A DNA stretch of 64,000 nt from an uncultured Spirochaetota bacterium (GTDB lineage Bacteria; Spirochaetota; Spirochaetia; SZUA-6; Fen-1364): NCBI GenBank assembly GCA_963734545.1, contig CAVTHO010000008.1:64001-128000 (forward strand), in the 5' to 3' direction. Below the pieces are notes generated by a model that was given only the letters and a program-made list of their open reading frames with translations, ran no database searches and was not told the DNA's origin. The position numbers were made by a program, and so were the translations under genes. Position 1 is the first letter of the stretch. Each line of letters opens with the position of its first letter. Positions 1-12,554 of this stretch are shown piece by piece.

Positions 1-1964
<1,964 letters not shown>

Positions 1965-2006
1965 TCACGCGCGAGTAATTTGAGCGTGTCTGTCGCTTTT
2001 GTAGCT

Positions 2007-2035
2007 AAGATACAGAAAGAGTCCGAATTCATCAA
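2007..2035 (-). promoter_or_regulatory. Sigma70-type promoter for groEL
   Basis: TTGATG-17 nt-TATCTT on the minus strand upstream of groEL. Confidence 0.5.
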
Positions 2036-2096
2036 GTGGTTTTTATGCGATTGAGCGAGGTTGCGCTTCTGGCCGTGCTCTGATACAAAAGGAAGG

Positions 2097-3715
2097 ATGA
2101 AGAGACGGAATGGCAGGCGGCTGTGCCTGGGATTCCAGTGGGACGCCGGATCCTGGGATGATGCCCCCCTCTGGTGTGACTACCTCTTCACCCGGCTCGA
2201 CGGGCAAAGGGTGCATTGGAACCTTCCCGCCTTCCCCCCGGACGGTCCGGTGCGCAAACGCGCGTCCCTCGCAAAATCCCTTCATGACCGCATACAACGA
2301 AACGGTGACGCTCTTGCTTCCATGGGATTTTCCGGAGCCTGCCATCCCCTTCTCAATCTGGACGAGCTGGACAAGGAGCTCTCGTGGGGAATGAAAAATC
2401 CATGGGGAACCGGACTCACCGATGTGCTGAACCTCCGCACGCACGTCCTCATTCCCCGGGTACCCGATCTCGTGCGCCCGGACGCGCGGCGGCTGTACGC
2501 GGATCGGGGGTTCAGTCTCGTCGGCATCTGTGACACCCCGTCGCACGCATCGGCCGCCTGCGGCGACGGATTCTTCCACGCCATCAGGCTGAGCGTGGCA
2601 GCCGCGGGCCCGACGGACCCCGACTTCCGCAGAGTGCGGCGGCTCATCGCCTCCTCGGGAGACGTTTTCGTGCTGCTGGATCTCACCGGGCTCACCCTGG
2701 CGGGCCCGCTGGAGCGCGCGACCGAGGAGCTCATCGGCCCTCTCCTCGGCTCCGACAGCTCGGTGTTCTCCCTTATCGCCGAGTCACCGGCCTCATCGTC
2801 TCCTGCCCCGACTTCCGGCGCGTCCCCGCGCGCGGATTGGTCGCTTTTCCCTGCCTCGGTCCTCCGCGCCCGGTTGAAAGCCACCGCGGCGCTCGCCAGG
2901 AGAAAGAGAAAGAAGACAGAGGAGTACCAGGACCTGCTCTCCACGCTCGCCCGGTCGGACGTGCCGGCGCGGCAGGCGGAGGCGGGGGAAGAGCAATCCC
3001 CCAACCGCCTGCGGCTGGTCGCGCACATGCTGGGAGACGTCGCGCTGGCGGGAAAGGATTTCGACGTCAAGCTGTCCGGCGGCCGGTTCTGCGGCATCAC
3101 GCGCCGGGGGAGCTGGCTTCTGCCCCCCGGCCGGCGCTCTCGTACCTCAAGATGCAGGGCAGGACCACCCCGTTTCGGACGCTCAGCTCCTTTTCCTTCG
3201 AGGGAGAAAACGGGACCGGCCTGCGGGAGGAGCTGGGCATCGAGGGAGAGAGCGGCACCGCGCTCAGCATCGAGTACTCGTTCTGCAACGACTCCCCCCT
3301 GCTGTCGGTCACGGCAGAGATAAGCTATCCCCGTCTCGCTGCCGCGCGCGTGGTGGAGGAGTACGCTCCCCTCGCCATCACGCTTGCCGAGCTGCCGAAG
3401 GGCGGAACCGTTACCCTGGAGGCGACCGCCCCGGATGAAAGCGCGGCCACCGTCACTCTGTCGGAGAAGAGCGGATGGGTCCTGCTCCCCGGCGCGGTCC
3501 ACAGGATCGCGCGCGCTGACGGCGGGTCCATCCACCTGCAATTCTCCCCCCGTGAAGGAAAGAGGTGGGGAATCCCCTTCTTCCGGGTCGTGAAGGCGCG
3601 CGGCGGCCGATTCCTGGAGATGAATCCCTTCGGCAGCTACTCGCCCGTTCCCGCCGCCGTGCTGGGCGGGAAGCGGGAGTCCTTTTCCCTGCTCCTCGGA
3701 CTGGACGACCCCTGA
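2097..3715 (+). CDS. Hypothetical protein (frameshift near 3120-3145)
   Basis: ORFs 2061-3323 and 2837-3715 join into one protein-like sequence; AAGGAAGG RBS before ATG 2097. Confidence 0.6.
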
Positions 3716-3717
3716 CG

Positions 3718-4369
3718 ATGCCCGGCATCGACTTCTTCGACGTGGATCACACCCTCACGCGGCGATCATCCGGCACCCGGTTCGTCGGGCTCGCGATGCA
3801 GCAGAAGAGTGCTTCCCCTCCGGCTGCTCCTCGTCATGCCGTGGTACTCGCTCACGTACAGGCTGGGACTGTTCAAAATGAAAGAGTACGTGGACGGCTT
3901 TCCCTACCTTCGCGGAATCCAGCGGACCACGCTGGAAGAGATTGCAGAGGACAGCTTCGAGGGCCGCCTGAAGGGGGACCTGTTCGAAGAAGCGGTCATG
4001 CTCGTCCGACAGCGGCGCGCGGAGGGGCGGCGCGTGATACTCGCCACCTCCTCGATCGACCTCATCGTCGCGCCTCTGGCCGCGCACCTGGGAGTCGACG
4101 GGATGCTCGCCACGACCCTGCAGTTCGAGGACGGGGTCTGTACCGGACGGATCGCCGGCACGCCCATGTTCCGGAGGGAAAAGAAGAACCGGGTGCTGGC
4201 GTATCTTGCCTCGGAAGGAGTGTCTGCCTCCGAATGCTCCTTCTACTCGGACAGCATCTACGACCTCCCCCTGCTCGAGGAGGTCGGCAGGCCCGTGGCC
4301 GTGAATCCGGATTTCAGGCTGCGCCGCATCGCGCGCCGCCGTGGCTGGCCCATCGTCAATCTGTCCTGA
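3718..4369 (+). CDS. HAD-IB family hydrolase (SerB-like), frameshift near 3808
   Basis: FFDVDHT motif I, LATSS motif II, YSDSIYD motif IV, VAVNPD. Confidence 0.85.
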
Positions 4370-5096
4370 GCTCACCCTGCTCGATGCGCTGGAGGCGGCC
4401 GTTCCCGGTCAGAAGGACGAGCCTGCCCTGCTCGTCCACATCGCTCAGAATCCCTGACGCGCGCCGACCCGATCCCAGGAGATCCACGCTCACCTGCCGC
4501 CCCCGCGCATACAGCCGCGCCTGCAGCTTCTCCCGCCACCCGGAATCGGTCAGGACCTCCTTCAGCCGGGCCAGCAGGGAAGCGAGCAGCGCAAAACGAG
4601 CCACCACGCGGCCGCTCGCCTGAAGCAGGGAGCAGGCGGAGTCTGCCAGCTCCGGCGGAAACGAAGTCTGCGTGAGATTCACGCCGAGCCCTATGAGACC
4701 GACGCTGCCGAACGCTTCGCACAGCAGGCCGGCGAATTTCTTTCCGTCGCACACCAGGTCGTTGGGCCACTTGATCCGGGGCGCGATGCCGGCCGACTCC
4801 TCCACGGCGAGCGCCACTGCAACCCCCGCGCGCAGGGGCAGCTGCTGCAGGGAGAATGCGGTCTCCGAAAGGTCCACGACCACCGTTGCGAGCAGGCTCT
4901 CCCCGGGCGCGGAGCTCCACACCCGGCCCGGCACCCTCCCCCTCCCCTTCTCCTGGAAATCCGCCACAACGACGGTGCCGCTCGGACAGCCGGCCCGCGC
5001 GAGCTCGCGCGCGTCATCCATGGTAGACGAGGTCCGTTCCCGCACGTATATGGGGGCCCCGGCCCACGGGTTGATGATGCCCGGGCTTGTCTCCAT
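4356..5096 (-). CDS. birA: Biotin--protein ligase (no N-terminal HTH)
   Basis: TSSTMD, QEKGRGR, IKWPND, KKFAGLLCE, IGLGVN motifs. Confidence 0.92.
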   Translation of the reverse strand: METSPGIINPWAGAPIYVRERTSSTMDDARELARAGCPSGTVVVADFQEKGRGRVPGRVWSSAPGESLLATVVVDLSETAFSLQQLPLRAGVAVALAVEESAGIAPRIKWPNDLVCDGKKFAGLLCEAFGSVGLIGLGVNLTQTSFPPELADSACSLLQASGRVVARFALLASLLARLKEVLTDSGWREKLQARLYARGRQVSVDLLGSGRRASGILSDVDEQGRLVLLTGNGRLQRIEQGELRTD

Positions 5097-5123
5097 ACGG
5101 CCAATTATGTACCATTTTCTGCT

Positions 5124-6623
5124 ATGGAGGAGAACCCGCTGCTCGCGGGGCTGGGCCTGCCCCGAGAGCCGCAGCCGTTGACGTTGGTGATATTCGGCGC
5201 GAGCGGCGATCTCACCAGACGCAAGCTCAGTTCCCGCCCTCTTCTCCCTGTACATGAAGGGGGCCATCACCGGGGTCAGGATCGTCGGTTTCGCCCGCCG
5301 GGAGTGGGACACGGCGACTTTCCGCGCGCTCGTGCGGAAGATGCTGGACGCGGAAGATTCGGCCGGTGCGGATGCGGAATTGAAGGATACCTTTGCGGAG
5401 GGGGTAGGATTTATCCGCTCCTCGTTCGAATCCCCGGAAGGATACGCGGAAATACAGGAGAAATACCCCAGTCCCGCCAACAGGATCTTTTACCTGGCGG
5501 CGCCTCCGGACGCCTACCAGGTCATCTGGAGCGCATCGGGGCGGCGGGCCTTGCTGACCAGTCCCGCGGCTTTTCCCGTGTGATTGTGGAGAAACCGCTG
5601 GGACGTGACCTGGCGAGCGCGCGCTCTCTCAACGAGCGCATCTCCCAGACCTTTCCCGAGGACCAGATCTACCGCATCGACCACTATCTGGGCAAGGAGA
5701 CGGTGCAGAATATCATGCTGATGCGCTTCGGCAACGGCATCTTCGAGCCGGTCTGGAACAAGCGCTACGTCGACCACGTGCAGATCACCATGGCGGAAAC
5801 CATCGGCGTCGGCACCCGGGGCCGCTACTACGAGAGCGCGGGCGCCCTCCGGGACATGATGCAGAACCACATGCTGCAGCTTCTCTCTCTGGTGGCCATG
5901 GAGCCGCCGGTGGACCTCGATCCCGACAGCATCCACGATGAAAAGGTGAAAGTGCTGAAATCCATCGCGCCCATCACCGGCGGGCTTGTGCGCACGGAAA
6001 CGGTGCGGGGCCAGTACGAGCGGGGCATCGTGGACGGTGAGGAGGCTCTCGCCTACAGGGAAGAGGACGGCGTGGGTCCGGGCTCGCACACGGAGACATT
6101 CGCCGCCCTGCGCGTCTTCCTGCAGTCCTGGCGTTGGGCAGGGGTGCCGTTTCTTCTCCGGACGGGCAAGATGCTGTCGCGGCGCACCACGGAGATCTCC
6201 ATTCACTTCAAGCAGCCGCCCCTGCTGCTGTTCGCGGACCGGGACCCTGCCGGCACGCCGCCGAACGTCCTGACCTTTCGCATCCAGCCGCAGGAGGGAA
6301 TCACCATGGGATTCAACTCCAAGATTCCCGGGCCCACGACCGAGATGCGGACGGTGAACATGGATTTCTCGTACGGATCGGCATTCGGAGACGACCTCCC
6401 CGACGCGTATGAGAGGCTTCTGCTCGACGCCATGCTGGGCGATTCGACCCTCTACATGCGGAATGACGAGGTGGATTCCGCGTGGGGATTCATCACTGAA
6501 ATCCTGCAGGGGTGGGAGCGCACGGCGGAGCCCGCGCTCTCCCTGTATCGCGCGGGAAGCTCGGGACCGGAGGCCGCGGCCCGGCTCCTGGGCTCACCCG
6601 AGCGGAAGTGGAGGAGACTGTGA
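5124..6623 (+). CDS. zwf: Glucose-6-phosphate 1-dehydrogenase (compensating frameshifts near 5230 and 5525)
   Basis: GASGDLTRRKL, VIVEKPLG, RIDHYLGKETVQN, YERLLLD. Confidence 0.96.
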   Translation: MEENPLLAGLGLPREPQPLTLVIFGASGDLTRRKLSSRPLLPVHEGGHHRGQDRRFRPPGVGHGDFPRARAEDAGRGRFGRCGCGIEGYLCGGGRIYPLLVRIPGRIRGNTGEIPQSRQQDLLPGGASGRLPGHLERIGAAGLADQSRGFSRVIVEKPLGRDLASARSLNERISQTFPEDQIYRIDHYLGKETVQNIMLMRFGNGIFEPVWNKRYVDHVQITMAETIGVGTRGRYYESAGALRDMMQNHMLQLLSLVAMEPPVDLDPDSIHDEKVKVLKSIAPITGGLVRTETVRGQYERGIVDGEEALAYREEDGVGPGSHTETFAALRVFLQSWRWAGVPFLLRTGKMLSRRTTEISIHFKQPPLLLFADRDPAGTPPNVLTFRIQPQEGITMGFNSKIPGPTTEMRTVNMDFSYGSAFGDDLPDAYERLLLDAMLGDSTLYMRNDEVDSAWGFITEILQGWERTAEPALSLYRAGSSGPEAAARLLGSPERKWRRL

Positions 6624-7607
6624 GCGCCCTCCTCAACCCGCGTGTCATCGAGCAGGAAATCGCCAGGATCCGGGAGAAGGAATCCAACCCCTATTCATCC
6701 GGGGTCAAGACGAATCTTTTTTCCCTGGTTGTTTTCCGGCAGGAGGGCGCTGTCCGGCCGGGGAGCCTGACCCGGCCGAAACCGCGCTGCAGTACATGCT
6801 CGGCAAGCGCCCCGCGCGCATCATCACCATCACGAAGGCGCGCGCCCCGGGGACCGAGGTGTGGGTGAGCGGCCGCTGCTTCCCCGACAAGAGGAACCGC
6901 GGGGTCTGCTTCGAGGAAGTCCACATCGAGAGCGGGGAGGACGGCGTGGGACTGGATCCCGGCGCATGGGCCCCTCTGCTCATACGCGACTTGCCGGTTT
7001 TCGCATGGATCCCCGACGGCCTGGGCACGGACGGGGGGACGTGGGAGGGCGCCCTCCTGAAGGCCGCGGGTCTCATCGACAAGCTGCTCGTGGATTCCGC
7101 GCGTCTGTCATCAGGACAGGCGGAGCCGCGCGAAGTATTGGGCGCGGTGCGGCAGCTGAGGGAGAGGACCGCCGGGCGCTTTCCTGCTCTCCGATTTCTC
7201 CTGGCGGCGCAGCAGGGTGCTGCGCGAGCAGACGCGCGCGCGCGTTCGATCCCCCCGGCATCCGGCCCTTCCTCGCCTCCATCCAGAGCGTCCGCCTGTA
7301 CGGAGGATCGAAGTTCGAGGCGTCTCTCTTCTTTCTCTGGCTTCGGGTGAGGCTGGGAAGGGAGATACTCGCGGATCATGCGGCGACGGGCTCTCTTGCG
7401 GAGGGGTTTCGCGTCACCTTCAAGCTCGCCGGCGCGCCTGATGTGGACATCGGCTGCACGAAGGGCGGGTGTCTCTCCCGCGGCGAGGAGAAGGGCGCGT
7501 ACAGGTTCCCCACCGATGGTGAGATCCTCCTGGAGGAAGTGGACACCCTCTCGCGGGACCCGGTTTTCTTGGAGGTGCTCGCCCATGCGGGACGCCCCGA
7601 CGCCTGA
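6620..7607 (+). CDS. opcA: OpcA-like G6PD assembly protein (frameshifted)
   Basis: Overlaps the zwf stop (GTGA); 'PLLIRDLPVFAW', 'DKLLVDS' and terminal 'RDPVF' are OpcA-like; lies between zwf and pgl. Confidence 0.75.
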
Positions 7608-8406
7608 CCGGGAGGGCGCGTTTCCTCCCTCTCTCCCCCGGACGATTGTGGCGGAGGATGCGCGCGCGCTTGCCGAGCAGGCGGGCAGTCTCCTGCTTTC
7701 CACTATAGAAGACTCCCTGACCGTCCGCGGACGCGCCCGTGTCATCCTGGCAGGGGGCGGCACGCCGAGGGAGACGTATGCGCTCCTGGGAGAGGGCTTG
7801 CGCGCGCGGAAAGTCCCCGTAGAGAGGCTGGCGTGGTTTTTCGGTGACGAGCGCTGGGTGAACCGAACCCACCCGCAGTCGAATGAGGGCATGGCACGCG
7901 AGACACTCCTGACGGGGATCGGCGCCCCGGAGGAAACCATCCACTCCTGGGACGCGGGATGGGGAAATCCGGTGGAGTGCGCCCGGACATACGGCGGCCG
8001 GGTCAGGGAGCTGATGGGCGGCACCGCGGACGCTCCCGACCTTCTCATCCTCGGGCTCGGCGCGGACGGGCACACTGCCTCGCTCTTTCCCGGTGCCACC
8101 GCACACCTGCCCGGCGGCGCGCGCGTTGCCGTCTCTTCCGACATGCCCGGGGAGGCGGCCGCGGTGCAGGGAATCGCGGAGCGAGGATGGCGGTTGACCC
8201 TCTGCCCGGTTTTCCTTAGAACTTCCCGATGCGTTGTTTTCCTGGTCGCCGGGGCGGACAAGGCGCCGGCCCTGCGCCGGGCCCGGGCCGGCGAGAGCGC
8301 GACCCCTGCCGCCTGGATCAGGGGAGCGGCCACCTGGTTCGTCGCAACGCGCGAGGCAATGGGCACCGAGGAGCCGGGATACGGGAGGGAAATCCTGCAT
8401 GCGTGA
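7585..8406 (+). CDS. pgl: 6-phosphogluconolactonase
   Basis: LAGGGTP, FGDERWV, LGLGADGHTASLFP, FLVAGADK. Confidence 0.92.
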   Translation: MRDAPTPDREGAFPPSLPRTIVAEDARALAEQAGSLLLSTIEDSLTVRGRARVILAGGGTPRETYALLGEGLRARKVPVERLAWFFGDERWVNRTHPQSNEGMARETLLTGIGAPEETIHSWDAGWGNPVECARTYGGRVRELMGGTADAPDLLILGLGADGHTASLFPGATAHLPGGARVAVSSDMPGEAAAVQGIAERGWRLTLCPVFLRTSRCVVFLVAGADKAPALRRARAGESATPAAWIRGAATWFVATREAMGTEEPGYGREILHA

Positions 8407-9247
8407 GAGCACGGGGGACGCACACGGAGACGCACGGCCGTCCGAGTTCGTGCGCGGCTTGTATTTCGAGATACAGACGATCGAGGGCGTCCAGCCGCTG
8501 GAAATCTGGAACGGGATACGCGAGTTCTTCGATCCCTATGAGAAAACGGCCCTCATCAAGAACCTCTACAAGATCGTCTTCCCCCTGGTGAACGAGCACT
8601 GCTTCGGGTGGCCGTTCGCGGAACACTCCCGGCTCGCCCGTGAGACGGTCGGCATGGTCATCGACTGGTTCTCCGCGGACCCCGAGGCGCGGCTCTTCGC
8701 GCGCTTCCCCCACCCGCCCACGGGAGACGCCGACCAGAAGGCCCTGTACCGAACGATCAAGGAAAAGGCCGCCAGCCTCGTGGAGAACCTCCATCCCCTG
8801 GATCGCGGGGGGAAAGGCGCACACAAGGACTCGCAGACGCTCGCCCAGGGCGTGTTTCCCGGAGGCCTGTTCGATTTCAGGGAGATGCGTATCGTGGACA
8901 ACGAGCTCCCCTTCATCATCTTCACCGACAAGGAGTACCGGGTCATCCACGGCCTGGCAATCGTGTACCTGTGGCTCATCGACCTGGACAGCATCTTCCT
9001 GGGAACGCTCGAGAAGCAGAAGGTCGACGCGGCGATCATCGAAGAATACCGCCAGTTCGCGCGCAAAGTGCAGAAGGAGAACCCCCTCACGCTGCACGGC
9101 CGCAGGATCGACGCGAAGGAGGTGACCGCGCGCATACTGGAGCTGCTCAAGCAGGAGGATTACCTGGACCTTTTCGAAGACGTCTACCGCTGGTTCGAGC
9201 AGGCAAAGACCCGGTTCGGCACAAAGGGCGCGGCGCAGAAAGAGTGA
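8399..9247 (+). CDS. Hypothetical protein coupled to pgl
   Basis: ATG overlaps the pgl stop; clean ORF with strong GC3 codon bias; no motif recognised. Confidence 0.7.
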   Translation: MRESTGDAHGDARPSEFVRGLYFEIQTIEGVQPLEIWNGIREFFDPYEKTALIKNLYKIVFPLVNEHCFGWPFAEHSRLARETVGMVIDWFSADPEARLFARFPHPPTGDADQKALYRTIKEKAASLVENLHPLDRGGKGAHKDSQTLAQGVFPGGLFDFREMRIVDNELPFIIFTDKEYRVIHGLAIVYLWLIDLDSIFLGTLEKQKVDAAIIEEYRQFARKVQKENPLTLHGRRIDAKEVTARILELLKQEDYLDLFEDVYRWFEQAKTRFGTKGAAQKE

Positions 9248-9257
9248 GGCGCGGCAA

Positions 9258-9290
9258 AGAGGGGGGCCGCCGTCACCAGCGGCCCCCTCT
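9258..9290. terminator. Hairpin between convergent genes
   Basis: AGAGGGGGGCCGC / GCGGCCCCCTCT inverted repeat. Confidence 0.55.
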
Positions 9291-9310
9291 GAGCCTGTTC
9301 TTCCTGCGGA

Positions 9311-10678
9311 TCAGCCGACCTTCGGCAGGTCTTTCTCCGCTTTCAGGATCTCCTTTTCGGGATACTCGTAGTCCTCCAGCTTGCCCGCGAAGTACTGCTC
9401 GTAGGCGTACATGTCGAAGTGGCCGTGACCGGAGAGGTTGAAGAGGATCACCTTCTTCTCCCCCGTCTCCTTGCACTTCTTTGCCGCGCGGATGGCGGAG
9501 GCGATGGCGTGCGCGGACTCCGGCGCCGGGATGATCCCCTCGGTCCGGGCGAAGAGCACCGCCGCCTCGAAGGTCTCCTTCTGCCGCAGGGCCTCGGCCC
9601 GGATCAGGCCCTTGCTGTTCAGCAGGGACACGATGGGCGCCGCGCCGTGGTAGCGCAGCCCTCCCGCGTGCACGGACGGCGGGATGAACCCGTGGCCCAG
9701 GGTGTACATCTTGGCCAGCGGGATGAGCTTCCCCGCGTCCCCGAAATCGTAGGCGTAGATGCCCTTGCTGAGCGACGGGCAGGCCAGGGGCTCGGAGGCG
9801 ACGAACTCGATCTTCCTCTTTCCCGGAGATCTTGTCCTCCATGAAGGGGATCGCGATGCCGCCGAAGTTGCTCCCGCCGCCGTGGCAGGCGATGACGATG
9901 TCCGGCATAGAGGCCGAGGTCCTCCAGCACGGCGCGCGCCTCCAGGCCGATCACCGTCTGGTGCAGGAGCACGTGGTTGAGCACGGAGCCCAGGGAGTAC
10001 TTCACCGTTCCGCCGGACGTGGCCGCCACCTCCACCGCCTCGCTGATCGCGATGCCGAGGGAGCCCGGGGTAGTTGCGCTTGTCCTCGAGCATCTTCCTC
10101 CCGATCTGCGTCTCCTTGGACGGGCTCGGCGTGCACCTTTGCGCCGTAGCTCTCCATCATGATCTTGCGGTACGGCTTCTGCTCGTAGGAGGCGCGGACC
10201 ATGAAGACGTTGATGTCGAGATTGAAATGCGCGCCGGCGAACGCCAGGGCGCTCCCCCACTGCCCCGCCCCGGTTTCGGTGACGAGCTTCTTCACGCCCT
10301 CCTTCTTGTTGTAGTAGGCCTGCGCGATGGCCGTGTTCGGCTTGTGGCTGCCCGTGGGCGTCACGCTCTCGTTCTTGAAGAAGATCATGGCCGGCGTGCC
10401 CAGCGCCTCCTCCAGGAACTTCGCCCTGATGAGCGGGGTCGGCCGGAAGAGGGAGTACACCTTGAGCACCTCGTCGGGAATGGTGATTTCCCGCTGCTGG
10501 GAGACCTCCTGCTCGAGGAGGCCCATGGGGAACAGCGGCGTGAATGCCTCCAGGGGCACCGGCTTGCCGTCCGCGGGCTGAGCATGGGCGGAACCGGCTC
10601 GGGCAGCGACGGCTGGATGTTCAGCCACTTCTTCGGGATCTCCCTGGTGGGAAGCTGGAAGATTCTGTCGTCGGTCAT
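9311..10678 (-). CDS. trpB2: TrpB2 (tryptophan synthase beta-like PLP enzyme), several frameshifts
   Basis: [16 protein letters not shown] (PLP Lys), [43 protein letters not shown] across frames. Confidence 0.93.
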
Positions 10679-10734
10679 GGAGCGACTCCTTTCGAACGTG
10701 ATCTGGCGGCTCCGCGCCCCGACGGGGCGGAGAA

Positions 10735-10900
10735 ATAAAAAACCCGGGCCATTGCCCGGGTTTTCCGCGAATAAAAAAACCGCGGGCGGTTTCTCTCTCA
10801 AAGGGGAGGGAAACCGCCTGCGGTCTCCTGGCACATCGTTATACCGCTCAGGCAGACCTGGGTTTCCTCCCCGGGTCCACCACCACCAGGACTGCTGCAT
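10735..10900 (-). promoter_or_regulatory. trpL: Tryptophan attenuator: leader peptide MQQSWWWW.., antiterminator and two terminator hairpins
   Basis: ATG 10900 with four tandem TGG codons (10877-10888); hairpin 10779-10824 plus T-tract; second hairpin ~10741-10762 plus T-tract. Confidence 0.8.
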
Positions 10901-10940
10901 GCGTACTGCTCATGTGCAAGACCGCTACTCATCATATGCA

Positions 10941-10970
10941 TATATATACGGTATCCGGGCTTCCTGTCAA
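10941..10970 (-). promoter_or_regulatory. Sigma70 promoter of the trpB2 leader
   Basis: TTGACA (10965-10970) followed 16-18 nt later by a TATATATA tract. Confidence 0.6.
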
Positions 10971-10979
10971 CAACAAAAA

Positions 10980-12000
10980 TCAGAAGTCGACGAGCTCCAC
11001 CTCGAAGACGAGGAAGGCGTTCGGCGGGATGACCCCCGGGTATCCGCGCTCGCCGTAGCCGAGCTCGGGCGGGATCACCAGCCGCCGCTTCTCCCCGCGC
11101 TTCATCATGAGGAGCGCCTCGGTCCAGCCCTCGATGACCCTGTCCACCTGGAACGTCACCGGCGCTCCGCGGGATTCCGTGCTGTCGAACACTCGTCCGT
11201 CCAGCAGCAGTCCCGTGTAGTTCACGCTGACCGTGACGCCGGCCGCGGGACTGGCCCCGGAACCCTTGGCCAGCACCTCGTACATGAGCCCGGACTTGGT
11301 CGTGGTCAGCTTCGGCCACTTCTTCCTGATGATCGCCAGGGCCGCCGCGCGGTCCTTCTTTTTCTTGTCCTCGACGGCTGACCGCGCCCCTGCCACCAGG
11401 GTGTCGAAGCCCTGCTGCGTCACCACGAATGCGCCCGCTGCCGGGCCCACGCGCAGGATGCGCACGCTGATCATGTGGTCCCCCGGCTTGATTGCCGTGA
11501 CCACGTCCATGCCCTGCACGACGTGCCCGAAGACGTTGTATCCGCCGTCCAGCCAGGGGGCAGCCTCCATCGTGATGTAGAACTGGCTGCCGTTGGTGTC
11601 GGGACCCGAGTTCGCCATGGCAAGCACGCCCGGGGCGTCGTGCTTCAGATCCGCGCGCATCTCGTTCGGGAACTCGTAGCCGGGGCCGCCGCTGCCGTCG
11701 CCCTTCGGGTCGCCGCCCTGGATCACGAATCCCTTGTCCACCCTGTGGAAGGTGAGGCCATCGTAGAACTTCCTTCCCGACGCGCCGTTCGCCTTCAGCG
11801 TGCCCTCCGCGAGGCCGACGAAGTTGGCCACGGTCATGGGGGACTTCTGGTACTCGAGCGAGCAGATGATGGTCCCCCGCTCGGTCTTTATCTCGGCGTA
11901 CAGCCCGTCCGGCGAGCGGCTTCTGCGCCTGAGGCAGACAGCGCGGGAACGACGGCGAGGACGATGACAGGGCCAGCGATCAATTCCGCGGATTTGCGCA
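10980..12000 (-). CDS. Cyclophilin + FKBP fused peptidylprolyl isomerase (5' end frameshifted, start approximate)
   Basis: TVANFVGLAEG, FYDGLTFHRV, IQGGDP, AMANSGPDTNGSQFYIT; FKBP part SGLMYE, NYTG, FDST, VIEGW, IPPELGYG, FEVEL. Confidence 0.92.
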
Positions 12001-12039
12001 GTGGTCAGTCGACTGTGCCACGGACGGCGCGGTTCACTG

Positions 12040-12554
12040 TCAAGACTCGAGGTCCACCTCCAGGGGATCGTCGGGCGACGGCACGATCTTCCACTCCTGC
12101 GTGTCCGGGTCGAAATCCGCGATCTTCGAGAGGGGCATCTTGATGTACCTCCCCTGCCCTTCCACCGCCACGGAGCCGTCCTCCAGGAGGATCTCGCCGG
12201 TGCCTTCGAAGAACCGCGACCCTTCCTTCACGATCCGGCCGACAACCCGCACGGGCGTGTCGATCGGCACCGGCTTCTTGAATCGCATCGTGAACTCCAC
12301 CGTGACGCCCCAGACCTCGCCCTGGGACCTGTTCAGGATGGCCCTGCCGATTGTCTCGTCGAGGACCGTGGCGCTGATCCCGCCGTGCAGCCGGCCCGGG
12401 ATAGCTCTGGTGCTCGTCCCGCGCCTTGAAGATAGCCATGAGATCCCCGCCTTCCAGCTCGTAGAAGGAGGCCCGGAGGCCCGACGGGATTCTTCAGGCC
12501 GCAGACGAAACACATCCTGGAGTTCTGCTGTTTTCCCGTCACCTTGCGTTTCAT
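12040..12554 (-). CDS. PaaI family (hotdog) thioesterase, frameshifted
   Basis: CFVCGLKNP, YPGRLHGGISATVLDE, RFKKPVP. Confidence 0.85.

Noticed and set aside
10848-10913. Val-rich leader MSSTHAAVLVVVDPGRKPRSA* as a branched-chain amino acid attenuator
   Set aside because: It is the shifted reading of the TGG run, and the downstream gene is trpB2, so the Trp frame is the better explanation
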